DNA of 64,000 nt from Lama guanicoe (lineage: Eukaryota), in NCBI GenBank assembly GCA_013239625.1, contig MU053881.1, positions 11,669,957 to 11,733,956 on the forward strand, given 5' to 3'. Every line of letters begins with the position of its first letter. Within the stretch, counting starts at the first letter, position 1. This document shows positions 14,201-26,962 of the stretch, one piece after another. The position numbers and the translations under genes are program-made. The notes beneath the pieces are model-generated. The model was not told where the DNA came from and made no database searches. It worked only from the letters and a program-made list of their open reading frames with translations.

Positions 14201-14617
14201 ATCTGTTTTAAACATCTAGATTATGTAATTCATACTTTTTCCTACCTCAATCAAAATCAATATGTCTTTTTTCTGTAGCCTCATATCCTATTTTCACACA
14301 TTATTCTACTTCTATCTCCCCCAGCACTCCCTCAAACATTACTTCATCTACAGTCAAAACGGAATTTTAGGATTACACGATTTTTAAGTTAAAAACTGAT
14401 GTGTTATAATCCCTTAAGTGATCAGATTTTACCACCTGGATGATCATGGTGCCACTATCATCCTGTTTACAAAAAGGGCAATGCTTTAGGCAAATAACAA
14501 GTCTAATTTTCACAGTCTATGTGTTTGACCTTTCACTAGCAGTCATTTTAGAGTTTGGAGCTACTTTAATTTTTTTCCCGAGAGATTTATATGGATTTTT
14601 CTTAGAAAGATGCTTAC

Positions 14618-14793
14618 TTATGCTCAAAATCAGCTGTGCACAGAAGATTTGCTCTTATTTCCTGACACCTTTTTTATTTATAAAACCATCATTTTCCATC
14701 TGTGTTTTGTGGCTAACAATATCTCCTATTGACAACTCATGCCAAAATGGCATCATATTGCATCATTAAAACGTCCAGTATACATAATTTTTA
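14618..14793 (-). pseudogene. Pseudo-exon, dsRBD-like
   Basis: tgtttttcttaag acceptor, gtaagc donor. Reads KNYV~ILDVLMMQY...EQIFCAQLILSI. Confidence 0.5.
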
Positions 14794-16256
14794 CTTAAGA
14801 AAAACAGATCTTGACAGTACTTAATGAATAAAGATAAGAGTGGGTATTTAAATACCTCACACATGTGCGGACGGTATAAAAAGGGACACAGATACAATTG
14901 TGTTTAGTCAACAAATATCTGTAGAGTTCTGCCTAGCTACAAAGTTACCTAGTAGTTTAGCTACAAAACAGATGGGAACGGCTCCTGCCCTCGGGGCGCT
15001 TATATACTAATATAAGAAAAAGACAACATGCTTTAAGAGAGACATAGATTCCATAAAGCAGAATTCCAGGAGCAGAGCAAATGAAGGCCATGTGCTTGTC
15101 TGGAAGTCTAGAGGAAGCTTCACTGTGCAAATAAATTTTAAGGGTGACAAAGAGCCAGCAAAAACTGAGAGTGGAGGAAAAAGGCTCTGAGTTGAAGCTC
15201 CAGAGTGAGTTTCTGGAGAACAGAATGTTCAACTTGTCAATGCTAAATTACCTATCTTTATTTTCTTGGATTTATCACTAGCCTTGGTCACTCATTTCTG
15301 TTTGATACCAGTTCTTTACCTGGCTTCAGGGCACTATGTCCTCCTGGTTTCACTCTACTTTACTGATACTTTACTGAAGCTTCTTCTTCTAGCTAGACTT
15401 TGATGTCAAAGACTCAGGACTTTTGGTTTTCTTCTCTGTTCTACCCACACTTGCTTTGTGACCTCACTGGTCTCATGGCATCACTAGCATTTCTACTCCA
15501 ATGAGTCCTAGCTTTCCATCTCTAGCACTGAGCTCTCTGCCCTACCCAGACTTATATATCCGAACTCCTGTCCATTTCTCCATCTGGATGTCTAATAGGC
15601 AGCTTTAGCTCAACAATGTCCAAAAATCTCAGTCCTTTGACCTGATGACCTGAGCCTGCTCCAGTCACACCCTTTCTCATCCTACTTCAAGGCATCTTCA
15701 TCTTTCCAGCTGTTGAATACAAAGACCTTAGAGTTATACTTGATTTATCTATTTTTTCACACATCACAAACAACTAACTGTTAGGAAGCCCGGTTGACTC
15801 TAACTTGAAAATACATTCTGAAATCCAATAAAAAAAAGAGAGCAAAAAGAACAGAGTACATAGAAACAGAACAGCCAATGGCCCTTTAATGTCTGAAAAG
15901 GTGTTTAATTTCACTCATAATAAAACAAATGAAAACTAAAACTACACTGAGATACTATTTCTCATATATCATATTGGCAAAAGTTCAAAAGCTTGACAGT
16001 ACTGACTGTTGGCAATGCTATGGAAAAACTGCCAGGCTCATATATTTGACATTGGGAGTGCAAAATGGTGCAACCTGTGTGAAGAGGTATTTTGCAATAC
16101 TGAATAGAAATACAAATATGTTTTCTTTTTGACCCATCAATTCCAGTTCTAGGAATCTACTCTTGATATAGAGATATATAGAGAGATCGATTTATGATAT
16201 TTAATCATATCACATGCCAAGGTTATTGAGTTGTTATTTGTAACTGCAAAAGATTA

Positions 16257-16902
16257 GCAATCCCACTCCTGGGCATATATCTGGAGGGAACTCTTATTCA
16301 AAAAGATACATGCACCCCAATGCTCATAGCAGCACTATATACAATAGCCAAGACATGGAACCAACCTAAATATCCATCAATAGATGACTGCATAAAGAAG
16401 TTGCAGTATATTTATACAATGGAATACTACTCAGCCATAAAAAGAATAAAATAATGCCATTTGCAGCAACATGGATGGACCTAGAAATCATCATTCTAAG
16501 TGAAGTAAGCCAGAAAGAAAAAGAAAAATACCATATGATATCACTCATATGTGGAATCTGGAAAAAAAAAAGAGAGAGAGGAAAAAGGTCACTATGAACT
16601 CATCTACAAAACAAAAATAGACTCACAGACATAGTAAATAATCTTACAGTTACCAGGGAAAGTGAGTGGGAAGGGATAAATTTGGGAGTTTGAGATTTAC
16701 AAATGTTGGCCACTATATATAAAAATAGATTTTAAAAAAGCTTCTTCAGTATAGCACAGGGAACTATGTTCAATATCTTGTAATAACCTTTAATGAAAAA
16801 AATATGGAAATGAATATATGCATGTATAAGCATGACTGTGACATTGTGCTATACATCAGAAATTGACACACTGTAACTGACTATACTTCAATTTTAAAAA
16901 AG
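16257..16902 (+). mobile_element. Young 5'-truncated L1 3' end
   Basis: gcaatcccactcctgggcatatatc...gcagcaacatggatggacctaga...ctgactatacttcaa followed by an A-tail. Confidence 0.9.
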
Positions 16903-17184
16903 GTAATTTAAAAACAATCCAAATGCCCAATAAAAGATTGGATAAATAAATCATGATATATCCACACTGAATGAAGTACTATATAATTATTATAAAGAAG
17001 ACCATATCATACATGGATTTTGTGTGTGTGTGTGACTGTGTGTGTGTCTGTATGGCTTAAATAAAATTAATGAAGTACAGAACAGTTTATATATATATAT
17101 AATTTTTAAGGTAGAAAAATAAGACACAAGAAGAAACCCAGCAAGAATAAGATAGAAGCTAATTTTTAAAAATGGTTATCTGTG

Positions 17185-17387
17185 GCACGGTTCAACAAAT
17201 CATGGCCAAATGGGACAAATACAGTCTACTGCATATTTTAGTAAATAAAGTTTTCCTGTAACGGACACACCCAATTTTTGGCATATTACACAGCTGCTTT
17301 CTCACTGCTGTAGCAGAGTTTAGCAGTTGCCATAGAGGCCGTGGGGCCTGTAAAGCCTAAAGTACTTATTCTCTGCTCCTTTACAGT
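17185..17387. mobile_element. MER58A-like hAT MITE
   Basis: ttttagtaaataaagtttt...gcagagtttagcagttgc...aaagcctaaagtactta. Confidence 0.7.
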
Positions 17388-19764
17388 ATAGAGGTGGAAG
17401 GTACAGGTAGAGCAGATGGAGATGCAAGCAAGACTTCTCTAACTATATGTATTAGTACAGCTTTGACTTTTGAGCATGAAACTCTTCATTTAAAAGACTG
17501 AAAAACAAACCTTAAAACTGAAAATAAATGGAAACAAAATAATCTAACTGCATGTCAAATTGATAAAATAATACAGAGTAAAAGACTGTTTCAAGTGATT
17601 CCTCACTGTATATCATTCTAGCATCTCTAATAATTGGATATTATAGCTTCTTGATATGTTACATCATCAAGTTCATAGCTGTGCTGAAGAAGTCTCCTTG
17701 TCAACAGTATGTAACATGAACCTAATCAAGGCTTAAATTTAGCTTCCAGTTGACAGGAAATACATGAAAGGTTAAATAACATCACTATTAACAATTAGGA
17801 GAGTCTAATGGATGTAATATTCTACAAGACAAATGTTCTACATTTTTAAAGGACATGTAATAACAAACAAAATAAACAAATGTTCAAAATTAAAAGAGAT
17901 CTAACATTCAAATACAATGCATGAAACTGGATTAAATCCAGGCTTGGAATCACATACAAATATACATATACATGCCTTATCTTGTAAAGGATATTTTGAA
18001 AATAATTCACAAAATTTGAAAATGTACTGGATAGGTAAATGATATAAAAAATTCTTGATCTTCAGATGATGAAGTATTGCAAGAAGAAGACATGATGTCT
18101 CCCACTTTCAAATACTTCTCAAAGATAAATATGCCACAATAGAAAACACAGTTAGATCTAGGTGCTGGGTCATGAATGCTTATTGTACTATTCTAACTTT
18201 TCTTTGCACTTAAATTTTTCATAATAAAGTGCAGAAGAAAAACGGGTTTTGTACGTGGTTGTGTGTGTATCTTTCTGACTGTGTGTCTGCCTCCAGCATC
18301 TGACCCCTTTCTAAACCTTCACTGTCAGCCTGATAGCAACCTGGTCACTGTCATCATATCATCTCTTGCCTCACATCAGTCATCTTCCCCTGAGCTTCCT
18401 TGTTGCTCTCCCTATTGCCACGAGAGTCTGTTGGTCCACGGAAAAACCAGAGTTTAAAAATGTAAGTAAGATCACATTGGCCCTTCACTACACACACTGC
18501 AGTGCCTCTCCCATTTCATTCTGATTCAAAGTCCAATTTCTTACAATGCTCTCTAAGGCCCTGCGTGCTCTCCCCTACAGTCCAACCTTACCCCCTCACC
18601 TCTGAATCACCTTCCTCCTTCTACCTCTCAGTTCACTTTGTTCTTGCTGCAGTGGCCACCTTACTCTTTCTCAAACGTTTGGGTTCTTCCTTCCATCGGG
18701 TCTTTGCACTGGCATTCCCTTTATCAGGAATTCTCTTCCTCAGGACAGCCACATAGCGGCCCTCTTCACTTCCGGTAGGTGTTTACTGAAATCTCTCACT
18801 TTACCGAGGCTGACCTTGATCACACTATTTCAATTTGCAAAATGCCAGTTCCCCATACTCTTTCCTCCTCTTATTATTCTGGTCTATTTTTTAAGTTAAT
18901 AGACTTTATATCTGCTGTATTTAAAAAATATTTTTGATAGCCCAGATCATTTTCTGACAGATTGCACATGTCACATTTTGGGTTTTTTTTATTGTCTGTC
19001 TCCCCTTGTTAGAATGCAGCATCAGGTAGACATTTCTTCTGTTCATCAAACTAGTAGTCCAAACTTCTATAACTTTTATAACTAGCACATAGTAGCCTTG
19101 CCTCAGAAAAATATTTGTTGAATGAGTGAAAGCGTAGAGTTAAGTGGGTGAGTTTTAGACCACATCAAATTAAGTTTTTTGTTTTGACTTGGTAGCTTAT
19201 GTGAGATGTTGGCTATTCTATCATGACTGACACTACTCAGCCAGTATCTCTAAAAAATCTTTTCCTTCAGAAGGCAGATGGATGCAGGACAAATCATTAC
19301 AAAGTCATATTTCAATAGACCAGCCTTCTAATTATGTTAATTACACTAAAAAAGCCTCTAGTACTCATTAAGGAGACATCTGTTTTAAAATAACAGAAAC
19401 CGATTTTGTGAGAACTATTGAGAGGTCTCTGTACTGAATAATTTTCTGACTTTCAAAGGGCATGAAGCAGCCTCAACATTAATACAATTTTCTGTTTTAA
19501 CTGTACGTTCCTTGAGGACAGTGGTCAATTATTTTATATACCCTGAATAATAGTCAAAATATTACAGATAGAAAGTTGATAAATAAAATGTACATTAATG
19601 ACATGACAGTATCAGCCCCCAAATGTCAGGTCACATCTGGATTAAGAATATGCCAGTTTTTAAGAGATTAAAAATGTATGAAATATGATGAAATCACATG
19701 CTAATAAAGGCATACTCAAAAAAAGTAGCCATATTTTCTAGAAAATACTAAATCCAAATCATAC

Positions 19765-19954
19765 TTTCAGAATACAGAATAATGCATCTTAGCAGACCTT
19801 TATTGGTTATGTTTTAAGCAACCTGGAGTGTAAATTTCACAGTTTAAATTCCCAGTACACAGGAATTTCATAACTTGTGGTAAATAGCAGAATCTGAGTA
19901 ATTTGAGACAAGCTCCTTGAATGAAGCTGGGGAAGAGGATTATCAACATTTAAG
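19765..19954 (-). pseudogene. Pseudo-exon, dsRBD-like
   Basis: tttag acceptor, gtatga donor. Reads DNPLPQLH~IQGACLKLLRFCYLPQVMKFLCTG...NK~RSAKM across several frameshifts. Confidence 0.5.
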
Positions 19955-20400
19955 CTAAATTGCAAATGTTATAACAGGAAGGAAGTGATAGATAATATGG
20001 GCTCTCTGAGAAACCAGAAACATGGAGGGAAAAACTGACGCATTACTGGAGCCTCACAAACATGGAGAGATTAGCTGTGAACCTCAGGGAAAGCAGTCAG
20101 AAAATCAAGTTTCAAAGTTTAAGGTAAGAAAGAGAGAACCCAACCAAATTAACATAAAGTAAAAAAAAAATCAACAAACTTGGAACCTAATATACATAAG
20201 CTGGAGAAGGTGAAGAAATTTCTACTTTTGACCTAAGAAATACAAGAAGAGTTACTTGAAATGGATAGAAAGGGGAAGGAAAACAACATGAAAAAGTAAA
20301 GAATACTAAATATATTATTTCTCATAAATATAATTTACAGCGGGGACCTTCATTTATGTGCTTATTTTAGCCTTATATCCTGACCAAATCTGGGTCTTAC

Positions 20401-20472
20401 AATGTGCTATTTCTAAGATTGCAAGGTGTAATATTTGAATTCTGTGAGAGGCAAATGCATGTCAATTGATTT
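20401..20472 (-). pseudogene. Pseudo-exon (72 nt)
   Basis: tttttag acceptor, gtaaga donor. Reads KSIDMHLPLTEFKYYTLQS*K*HI in phase 0. The exon may extend further. Confidence 0.4.
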
Positions 20473-20519
20473 CTAAAAATTTAAATATAATTATTTTAAG
20501 CTTTATTCCATAAAGTATA

Positions 20520-20700
20520 AAATCTAAGAGTTTGGACTCTGGAATCTGATTATTTATAGTCACATCTTTTCTGACATCTTGGATAAACTACTCAGTTTCT
20601 CTGTGCCTCAATTATCTTAAATGTAAAATGGAAATAACAGAACCTACTTGGTTATTCATGGTACATATGATGGGTATCATAAATGTTAGCCATGATTATT
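20520..20700. mobile_element. MIR
   Basis: ctctgtgcctcaatt...tgtaaaatggaaataac...taaatgttagc. Confidence 0.7.
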
Positions 20701-21177
20701 TTATAATTATCTTGATTTTAATCATGTCTTCAAAACAGCTGAAGAATTTCAGAAAAAAATGAAGAAATGTACTTTCTTGTATATTCTATTTTACAAAATT
20801 AGAGCTAAGTTTATATAGTTCTTTGATTACTGAGGAAGGAACAGACCCAGGAAAACAAGCATATTTTCTTAAAATAGTGGTGAGTCTATTTCTTATACTT
20901 TTAACCCAGAGCTCTACTTCCACATAAAAGTGACTCATTTTTGATAAGAAAAGTTAAAATTTCATACCTACATATATATAATACTTCCCAAAATTCACTG
21001 CTTCAGTGCATTTCAATCACTTCTATTACTGTAAGGATGTAGACATGGATAGAAAATTATTTAAACTACACAGTTTAAGTTACTTTCAAGGTAAATATTT
21101 GAAAATTGAAGACATATATAAATCTTACATTTTAGTTGTACCAAAAAAAACCCCACACAACTGTTTTAAGTTTTCAC

Positions 21178-21540
21178 TTGTCTTAATCCATTTGGGCTTC
21201 TATTACAAAGCACCACAGACTGGGTAGCTTACAGACAACAGAAGTCTTTTTCTCACAGTTCTGGAGTTTGGAAAGTCCAAGATCAAGGTACCAGAGATTC
21301 TGTGCCTGATGAGAGTTCATTTTCTGATTCATAGACAGCCATCTTTTCACTGTGTCACCACAGGGCAGACAGGGCAAGGGATGCCTCTGAGGCTACTTTT
21401 ATAAGGGCACTAATCACAGTTATGAGGGTTCCACCCTCATGACCTAGCACTGCCCAAAGGCTCTTCCTCTTAATATCATGACCTTGGGTGTTAGCACTCC
21501 AGAACATGAATTTTAGGGGGACACATTCAGACAATAGCAT
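21178..21540 (-). mobile_element. MaLR LTR (MLT1A/B-like)
   Basis: tgtcttaatccatttgggct...tctcacagttctggag...aagtccaagatcaagg...acacattcagacaatagca. Confidence 0.85.
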
Positions 21541-21640
21541 CATGTAAGTATAAAATAATTTGATGTTATCATAATTATACTTAGAAAATTCAGATTTAGT
21601 GTTTAGAACAAACTTGCAATAGAATTGTTTTCTAGATCAT

Positions 21641-22030
21641 TGTATTAGTCTGCTAGGGCTGCCATAAAACACACACATACATGCATGCACACAAAATCCC
21701 ACCAGACTGGGTGGCTTAAACAATTAAAAAATGGTGTCAAAAGAGTTGTTTTCCTTGAGACCCCTCTTATTGGTTTGTAGATGGCCACATGCTTGCTGCC
21801 TCTTTACACAGTTGTTCTTCTGTGTCACTAAGCCCCAGAGGTCTCTCTGTATGAACTAATCTTCTTATAAGGACACTAGTCATATTGGATTATTGGAGTA
21901 GGGCCCACCCTAAGGACCTCATTTTAATTTAATTCTCTCTTTTAAAGACACTGTCTCCAAGTATCTCCATGGTCATATTCTGAGGTACTGAAGGCTTCAA
22001 CATATGAATCTGAGAAGGACACAATTCAAT
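21641..22030 (-). mobile_element. MaLR LTR (MLT1B/C-like)
   Basis: tgtattagtctgctagggctgccataa...ttataaggacactagtcatattggatt...ggacacaattcaa. Confidence 0.85.
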
Positions 22031-22512
22031 GCGAAGCCTTCTTTACAATTATTTTAAATTGTAAAATGTCATGTCTTAATAATTTACTGTAATGTAAAAC
22101 TGGCATTTTGCTCTCTGCACCCCTTTACTGTTCCTGCCCTTCAAGAAATATGACTTTGCTTAGAAAAATGAACTGGTGAAATCAATTCCATCTGGGTACT
22201 TTAAATAACCCAGAGTCTTTAGAACAAGCTCATGAATCATGTTCTCAACCTCACTTATGTCAAAATCCATTTTTGGACCCTTTCTTCCTGAAAATGGTTA
22301 ATGATCCATGTACTATCTGACAATTCAAAATTCCTTCAATTTCTAGGCCACATTTGTGGTTGCATTTCAACGGTACAACATTTTAATACTATTACTGAAA
22401 CTGGATAAATTGTCATACTATTAAAAAGTAAGGGAAGGAAGGATGTAAGACCATAGCAAAATTGTATGTAATTTAGTCTGAGCTTCAGCTTTACTTATTT
22501 TAATGATCTTAC

Positions 22513-22735
22513 CTCTTTTGCTTTTCAAACATATCTTTTTTCAAATATATCTTTTCTCACACCGTTTTCTTTATCTCCCTATTTTATTTCTAGAAAACAG
22601 TTGAGAATATAGTCAGTGAGAATAACAAGGAGACGTTTAGCTGCCAAGCGTTTTGCCTAATGATTTCCTAATACATATTTTTAAATTTTCTGTCTTCACT
22701 TGTGAAATTAACTATCTTTAGAACATGATCTTTTC
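22513..22735 (-). pseudogene. Pseudo-exon, second half of a dsRBD-like domain
   Basis: tttctcag acceptor, GAG|gtaaga donor. Reads (S)GKDHVLKIVNFTSEDRKF~AKRLAAKRLLVIL. Confidence 0.65.
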
Positions 22736-23479
22736 CTGAGAAATACCCAATACATGAAGGATGGGGGGAAAATACACATTAAAGATCTAGAAATCTGTTG
22801 AAATTTAATTGTATTAGATTCTAGGTAAGTACAATAGGAATTCAGAGAGGGAGGAAATTAAAAAGCTAGTCGCTGTAGGTTTCCTGGTGCAGACAGAACT
22901 AGGAGAGGTCTATTAAGGAGAGGTGTGATTCAGATAGGTGTAAGTTTGATGGATGGCCTGTTGAAGACTTTGTCACAGCCTAAACAGAGGCTTTAAGGAT
23001 CACAGGATACCTAGGGCATGTTGACGATTGTTTGGAATAACCGTGCAGGTTGATGGCTTTTTCTATATTTCATGGGTTATTGGTATGCTCATTTGACATT
23101 GACAAAATTTTGAAAATATAATTCTTCTTCTTGAGCTTCCTGAGGTAGATTCTCTTTTTGTTCTGTATGTCTCAGAGATTTTACCATGCCAAAGGGATTA
23201 GTATAATGGGTAGAACATAATGGAAGAAACCAAATGACAAAGCACAACTCATACACTAATACGGGTTTAGAACTACTTGATAAAGAAAAAGGTAGATAGA
23301 GGAGGCTGGAGGAAGGTTCTGGGCTGGAGGCTTGTTAAGAGTTATTTGGGGGAATGGTCCACACAGTGAATTAGAGGGGGAGGAAGTGGCCGAAGTGTAT
23401 GCTGAAGAAATGTGTCTGCAAATTCTGTCTCTAACCTCTACCACATTTGCTCTACCCTCTAACTCTCTGGTGATATTCT

Positions 23480-23740
23480 GCAGCCAGGCTGCTTGGGTTC
23501 TTCTTCCATTTTTATCACTTACTAGCTATGAGATCTTAACCACTACTAATTTACAAGTCATTAATTACTCTGTGCTTCAGTGACCTTATCTGTAAGATGG
23601 AGATAATGACAGTATGCCCTTCACCTTCACAGATTATTATGTGGTGTAGTTGGGAGAATTAAATGAGGTAACATGTAGAGCAGCAAGTTTAAGATAATGC
23701 CAGTGTGTTTCACAATTGCTATAGTAAGAATATCTTACTA
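23480..23740. mobile_element. MIR
   Basis: ctctgtgcttcagt...atctgtaagatggagataat...gagaattaaatgag. Confidence 0.7.
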
Positions 23741-24734
23741 ACACTGTTTCAGAGAGGATAGCACCATAAGGAATGGGAAAGGAGAGAGCTATACGTCTGT
23801 AAGCATTATGGCTAAAAATGGGACTGAGGAGCACAGAGTTATTTAAATGGCAGCTCTGCTTCTTAACTGTATGATTGTGGCCAAGAGTGTTTATCCACAT
23901 ATAAGCATAACCAAAGGCTATATTTTTAATAAAAATGGAATGAAATAATGAAAATTTCAGAAAGTTAAAATTGAATGAAAATTTTACAATCATTTATTAC
24001 TATCTGCCTTCTGATAAACTATCTATGTTCTCCCCAAGAAATAGTCATGTATTCTTTTCTTCACTTCTCCAAGTTTCTATGTACTCTTCCGTCCGACAGG
24101 ATTGCTACCTTAAAAGGTTAACGTTTGAATGAAAGAGAGTTTGCTTGTAGGTGCTTATTAGCAGGATGTCTGGGGGGATGTCAGCCTTGGATATGCAGTT
24201 ACTGTTTCTTCTACTCTGCTTCCTAAACAAGAAGTATGTTTTATTTAGTCTCCTTCTAAAAATATAATATTTTCCCTGGGAATAAAAGTACTATATTAAT
24301 TTTCCTTAGTAAGTTTCATATTTTGAGAAAAAATATATCTTATTTTTAAGAGATGAAGCTAGTTTCTCTCAGTATTGAGCGGAATAAGCTTCATAAAAGT
24401 GCATCAGTGATACTATAAACACGTGTTAACGTTGTAAATGTTGTTCTTCTTTGCTTTTATTGCTCATTCCCTTGCTCTAGGCTTGGGTTGCCTACGTGAC
24501 AAGAAGGAAGCATGTGACTTCTCTGTAGATTCCCATTAGGTTTCAGCTAACCCTCCAATGATACAGAAATATCACAAACAAATATGGAGGCTGCAAGAGA
24601 TTATCCTGTCATCACTATCAACAATCTAGTGTATAGTCTCATGGCTTGTCCAAGTTATGCAGCATAATTTATTATTTGAACATATAGGAAATCGTGCAAT
24701 ATCTTAAAGCAAATGTATTAATAATCCTCTACAC

Positions 24735-24982
24735 GAGTGTTTTTCAACCTTTTCTTCATCATTGCCCCTGTAAGGAGACTTTGCTGATGTTTTTCCTAGT
24801 CTCCACCTCTATCAAGGAAGTGTCAGTATCACAGACGCTGTATATCTATGTATGTGTTCCATACATACCCATTCTTTACACATAAAAAGAGCAAGAAAGA
24901 AGACGACTCCTCCCACCACCACTCCTAAGAATCCATTTTCAACCCCTTACAGGGGATACTGCCCAGGTTGAGGGTGCATTTC
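24735..24982. mobile_element. hAT-Charlie-type MITE remnant
   Basis: Terminal motifs agtgtttttcaacc ... caggttgagggtgc. Confidence 0.45.
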
Positions 24983-25924
24983 CTGGAATTTTCTTAAAAT
25001 AATTCTGTTGGTTATCTTAAAAGAAAAATATGCACAAGACTGATTGCCTTGGTGTTACCAACTTCAGCTAGACTTCCACTCAGGTAGCAAATTTATAAAG
25101 ACAAACTTAAAGGAAACTGCACTAAGATGGCATAGGTCAGGCATTTTGCTTCTTTCAAATCTTAGTCGTATTTTATGTTTCAGGTTATGTGGTAATGGTC
25201 TATAGTTTTTCTGATCACAGATCCAGTGAGTTATATTTTAAGCAAATGTTATGAATGTTGGTTCAAAAACATGTCAGGAAGAATTATTGTCTGAAGTTTA
25301 AAGTAATGCATTTATCAGTCTCTAAAGTTCAGACAAGTAAGACATGATGTTGAAAAAAAAAAAAAGTCTGATGCCTGAAAGTAAATCCAAACAAACGCAG
25401 AAGCTAGGTTAATCAGCACTTCTAAATAAAAAGAAAATTGTCAGCAAATTCCTTGTTAGAGAAGATGGAAACAGAACAGTAACCTGAGTAGCCACTTTTG
25501 TGAGGAGAAAGGGAAAAGGGAAGATTTGGCATCTACTAACCTAAATTTGTAATGTAATTTAACTTTGATTTCAAATTCACGCATACACATACAAACACTC
25601 TTGTTTCTGCCAAGATATGTTTCTGTTTCCTTGAGCTAAGACTTACCACTTTAATAACTACAAACATTTTACCAGAAAAGAGGAAAAACTTTCAGGTAGT
25701 TTGGAATACTTTAACTCTGTGGGTGAATGTAATGAATGTTCCACATTATCTTTAATTGAAACATATATATTAGTAGTAAAATTCATAAATCACAAGTGCA
25801 GGAAAAAAGAACATGGAGTCATAAATTTGACACATTTTACATTAAAATAGATACATCAACTATTAAAATAAATGTATCTCTTACTGAGAAAATAGATCAA
25901 AATCAAATCTAATAGTTCACTTAC

Positions 25925-26043
25925 CGGATCAGACATCGACTATTGAATCATTACTTATTGAATACTGAAGAAGATGCATCATCTATCAAATCAAATACCT
26001 TCTCTAGTAAATCAACCTCACCATCTGATTTAAAACTGTCTTC
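25925..26043 (-). pseudogene. Pseudo-exon, first half of a dsRBD-like domain
   Basis: tag acceptor, CCG|gtaagt donor. Reads EDSFKSDGEVDLLEKVFDLIDD~LLQYSISNDSIVDV*S. Confidence 0.65.
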
Positions 26044-26881
26044 CTACTAAATCAAAAAACCACCCAATAAATCAAAGCAATATTGCATCAAAGAATTTCA
26101 TTTAAAGTAAATACAGTGCATCACCAGACAGCATATATCTTAGTAAAGGTACCATTTATTAGGAGAAAGAGATGCCTTTTGCCACTTAATTCTTTCAGAT
26201 AGGTTCCTTTTGATATAATACAATCTTCTTCATTTAGACTCCTTTTAATTATCATTTTTAAAGCATATGTTTCTAAGAGAATAACACCCAAACAAGAAAG
26301 AAGTGCTTGAGGATGCTTAAAATAAGTTAGTACTCTTAAATAGCTCCAGTGGGTTACATGATCTTAAATAGCTTAACGGTGAGTTAATTTGATCTCAATT
26401 TTTTTTTTGTATGCTAAGTGTTATAGTTTTTTGGTGTTGTTTTATTTTTGTTTGTTTGATTAGTTGGTAGGAAAGCATTGGAGAAGCAGGGAGTTGGAGT
26501 CATCTTTCTGACTTCATGTTTGTTTCCCCATTTCCCCAAATGCAGACAAGTAGTTGAAGGTCTCCTGTCATTCTGTACCACCCCCTTCACTCACCTATGG
26601 CTGGAACAGAGTGGTGAAAGTCTGGAAATGGGGTAGTTGAGGAACATGGTCAGAATATCTTTGTAATTATGAAGTTTCCCAGAGAATTTAGTGGAAAACA
26701 TTTTCTCTAAATTTATATTGGGAAATATTTCTCTTGTTCAGTTCTATATTTTGTCCTCAAAAGCAATATAACCAAACATATTTTAATTCAGAATAACTTT
26801 TTCCTCAGTGGAAGAGATACCCAGTAAAAATCCTATGGAAAATACTCATCAAATTATCATTTTAAGTCAAAAAATGTTTAC

Positions 26882-26962
26882 CTCTCAATATGAAAACTGC
26901 AAATACACAGATTGAGTTGGTTTCACCTGAGAAACCGGCACATTCACCCACTGAATTATCAA
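26882..26962 (-). pseudogene. Pseudo-exon (81 nt, phase 0-0)
   Basis: tttag acceptor, GAG|gtaaac donor. Reads LIIQWVNVPVSQVKPTQSVYLQFSY*E. Confidence 0.6.

Larger units (their letters stand above)
15300..19130 (+). mobile_element. L2 split by nested L1ME, young L1 3' end and MER58-like element
   Basis: L2 text catctggatgtctaataggc at about 15580 resumes at about 18290 and ends atttgttgaatgagtgaa at about 19130. L1ME lies at about 15830-18240. Confidence 0.75.
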
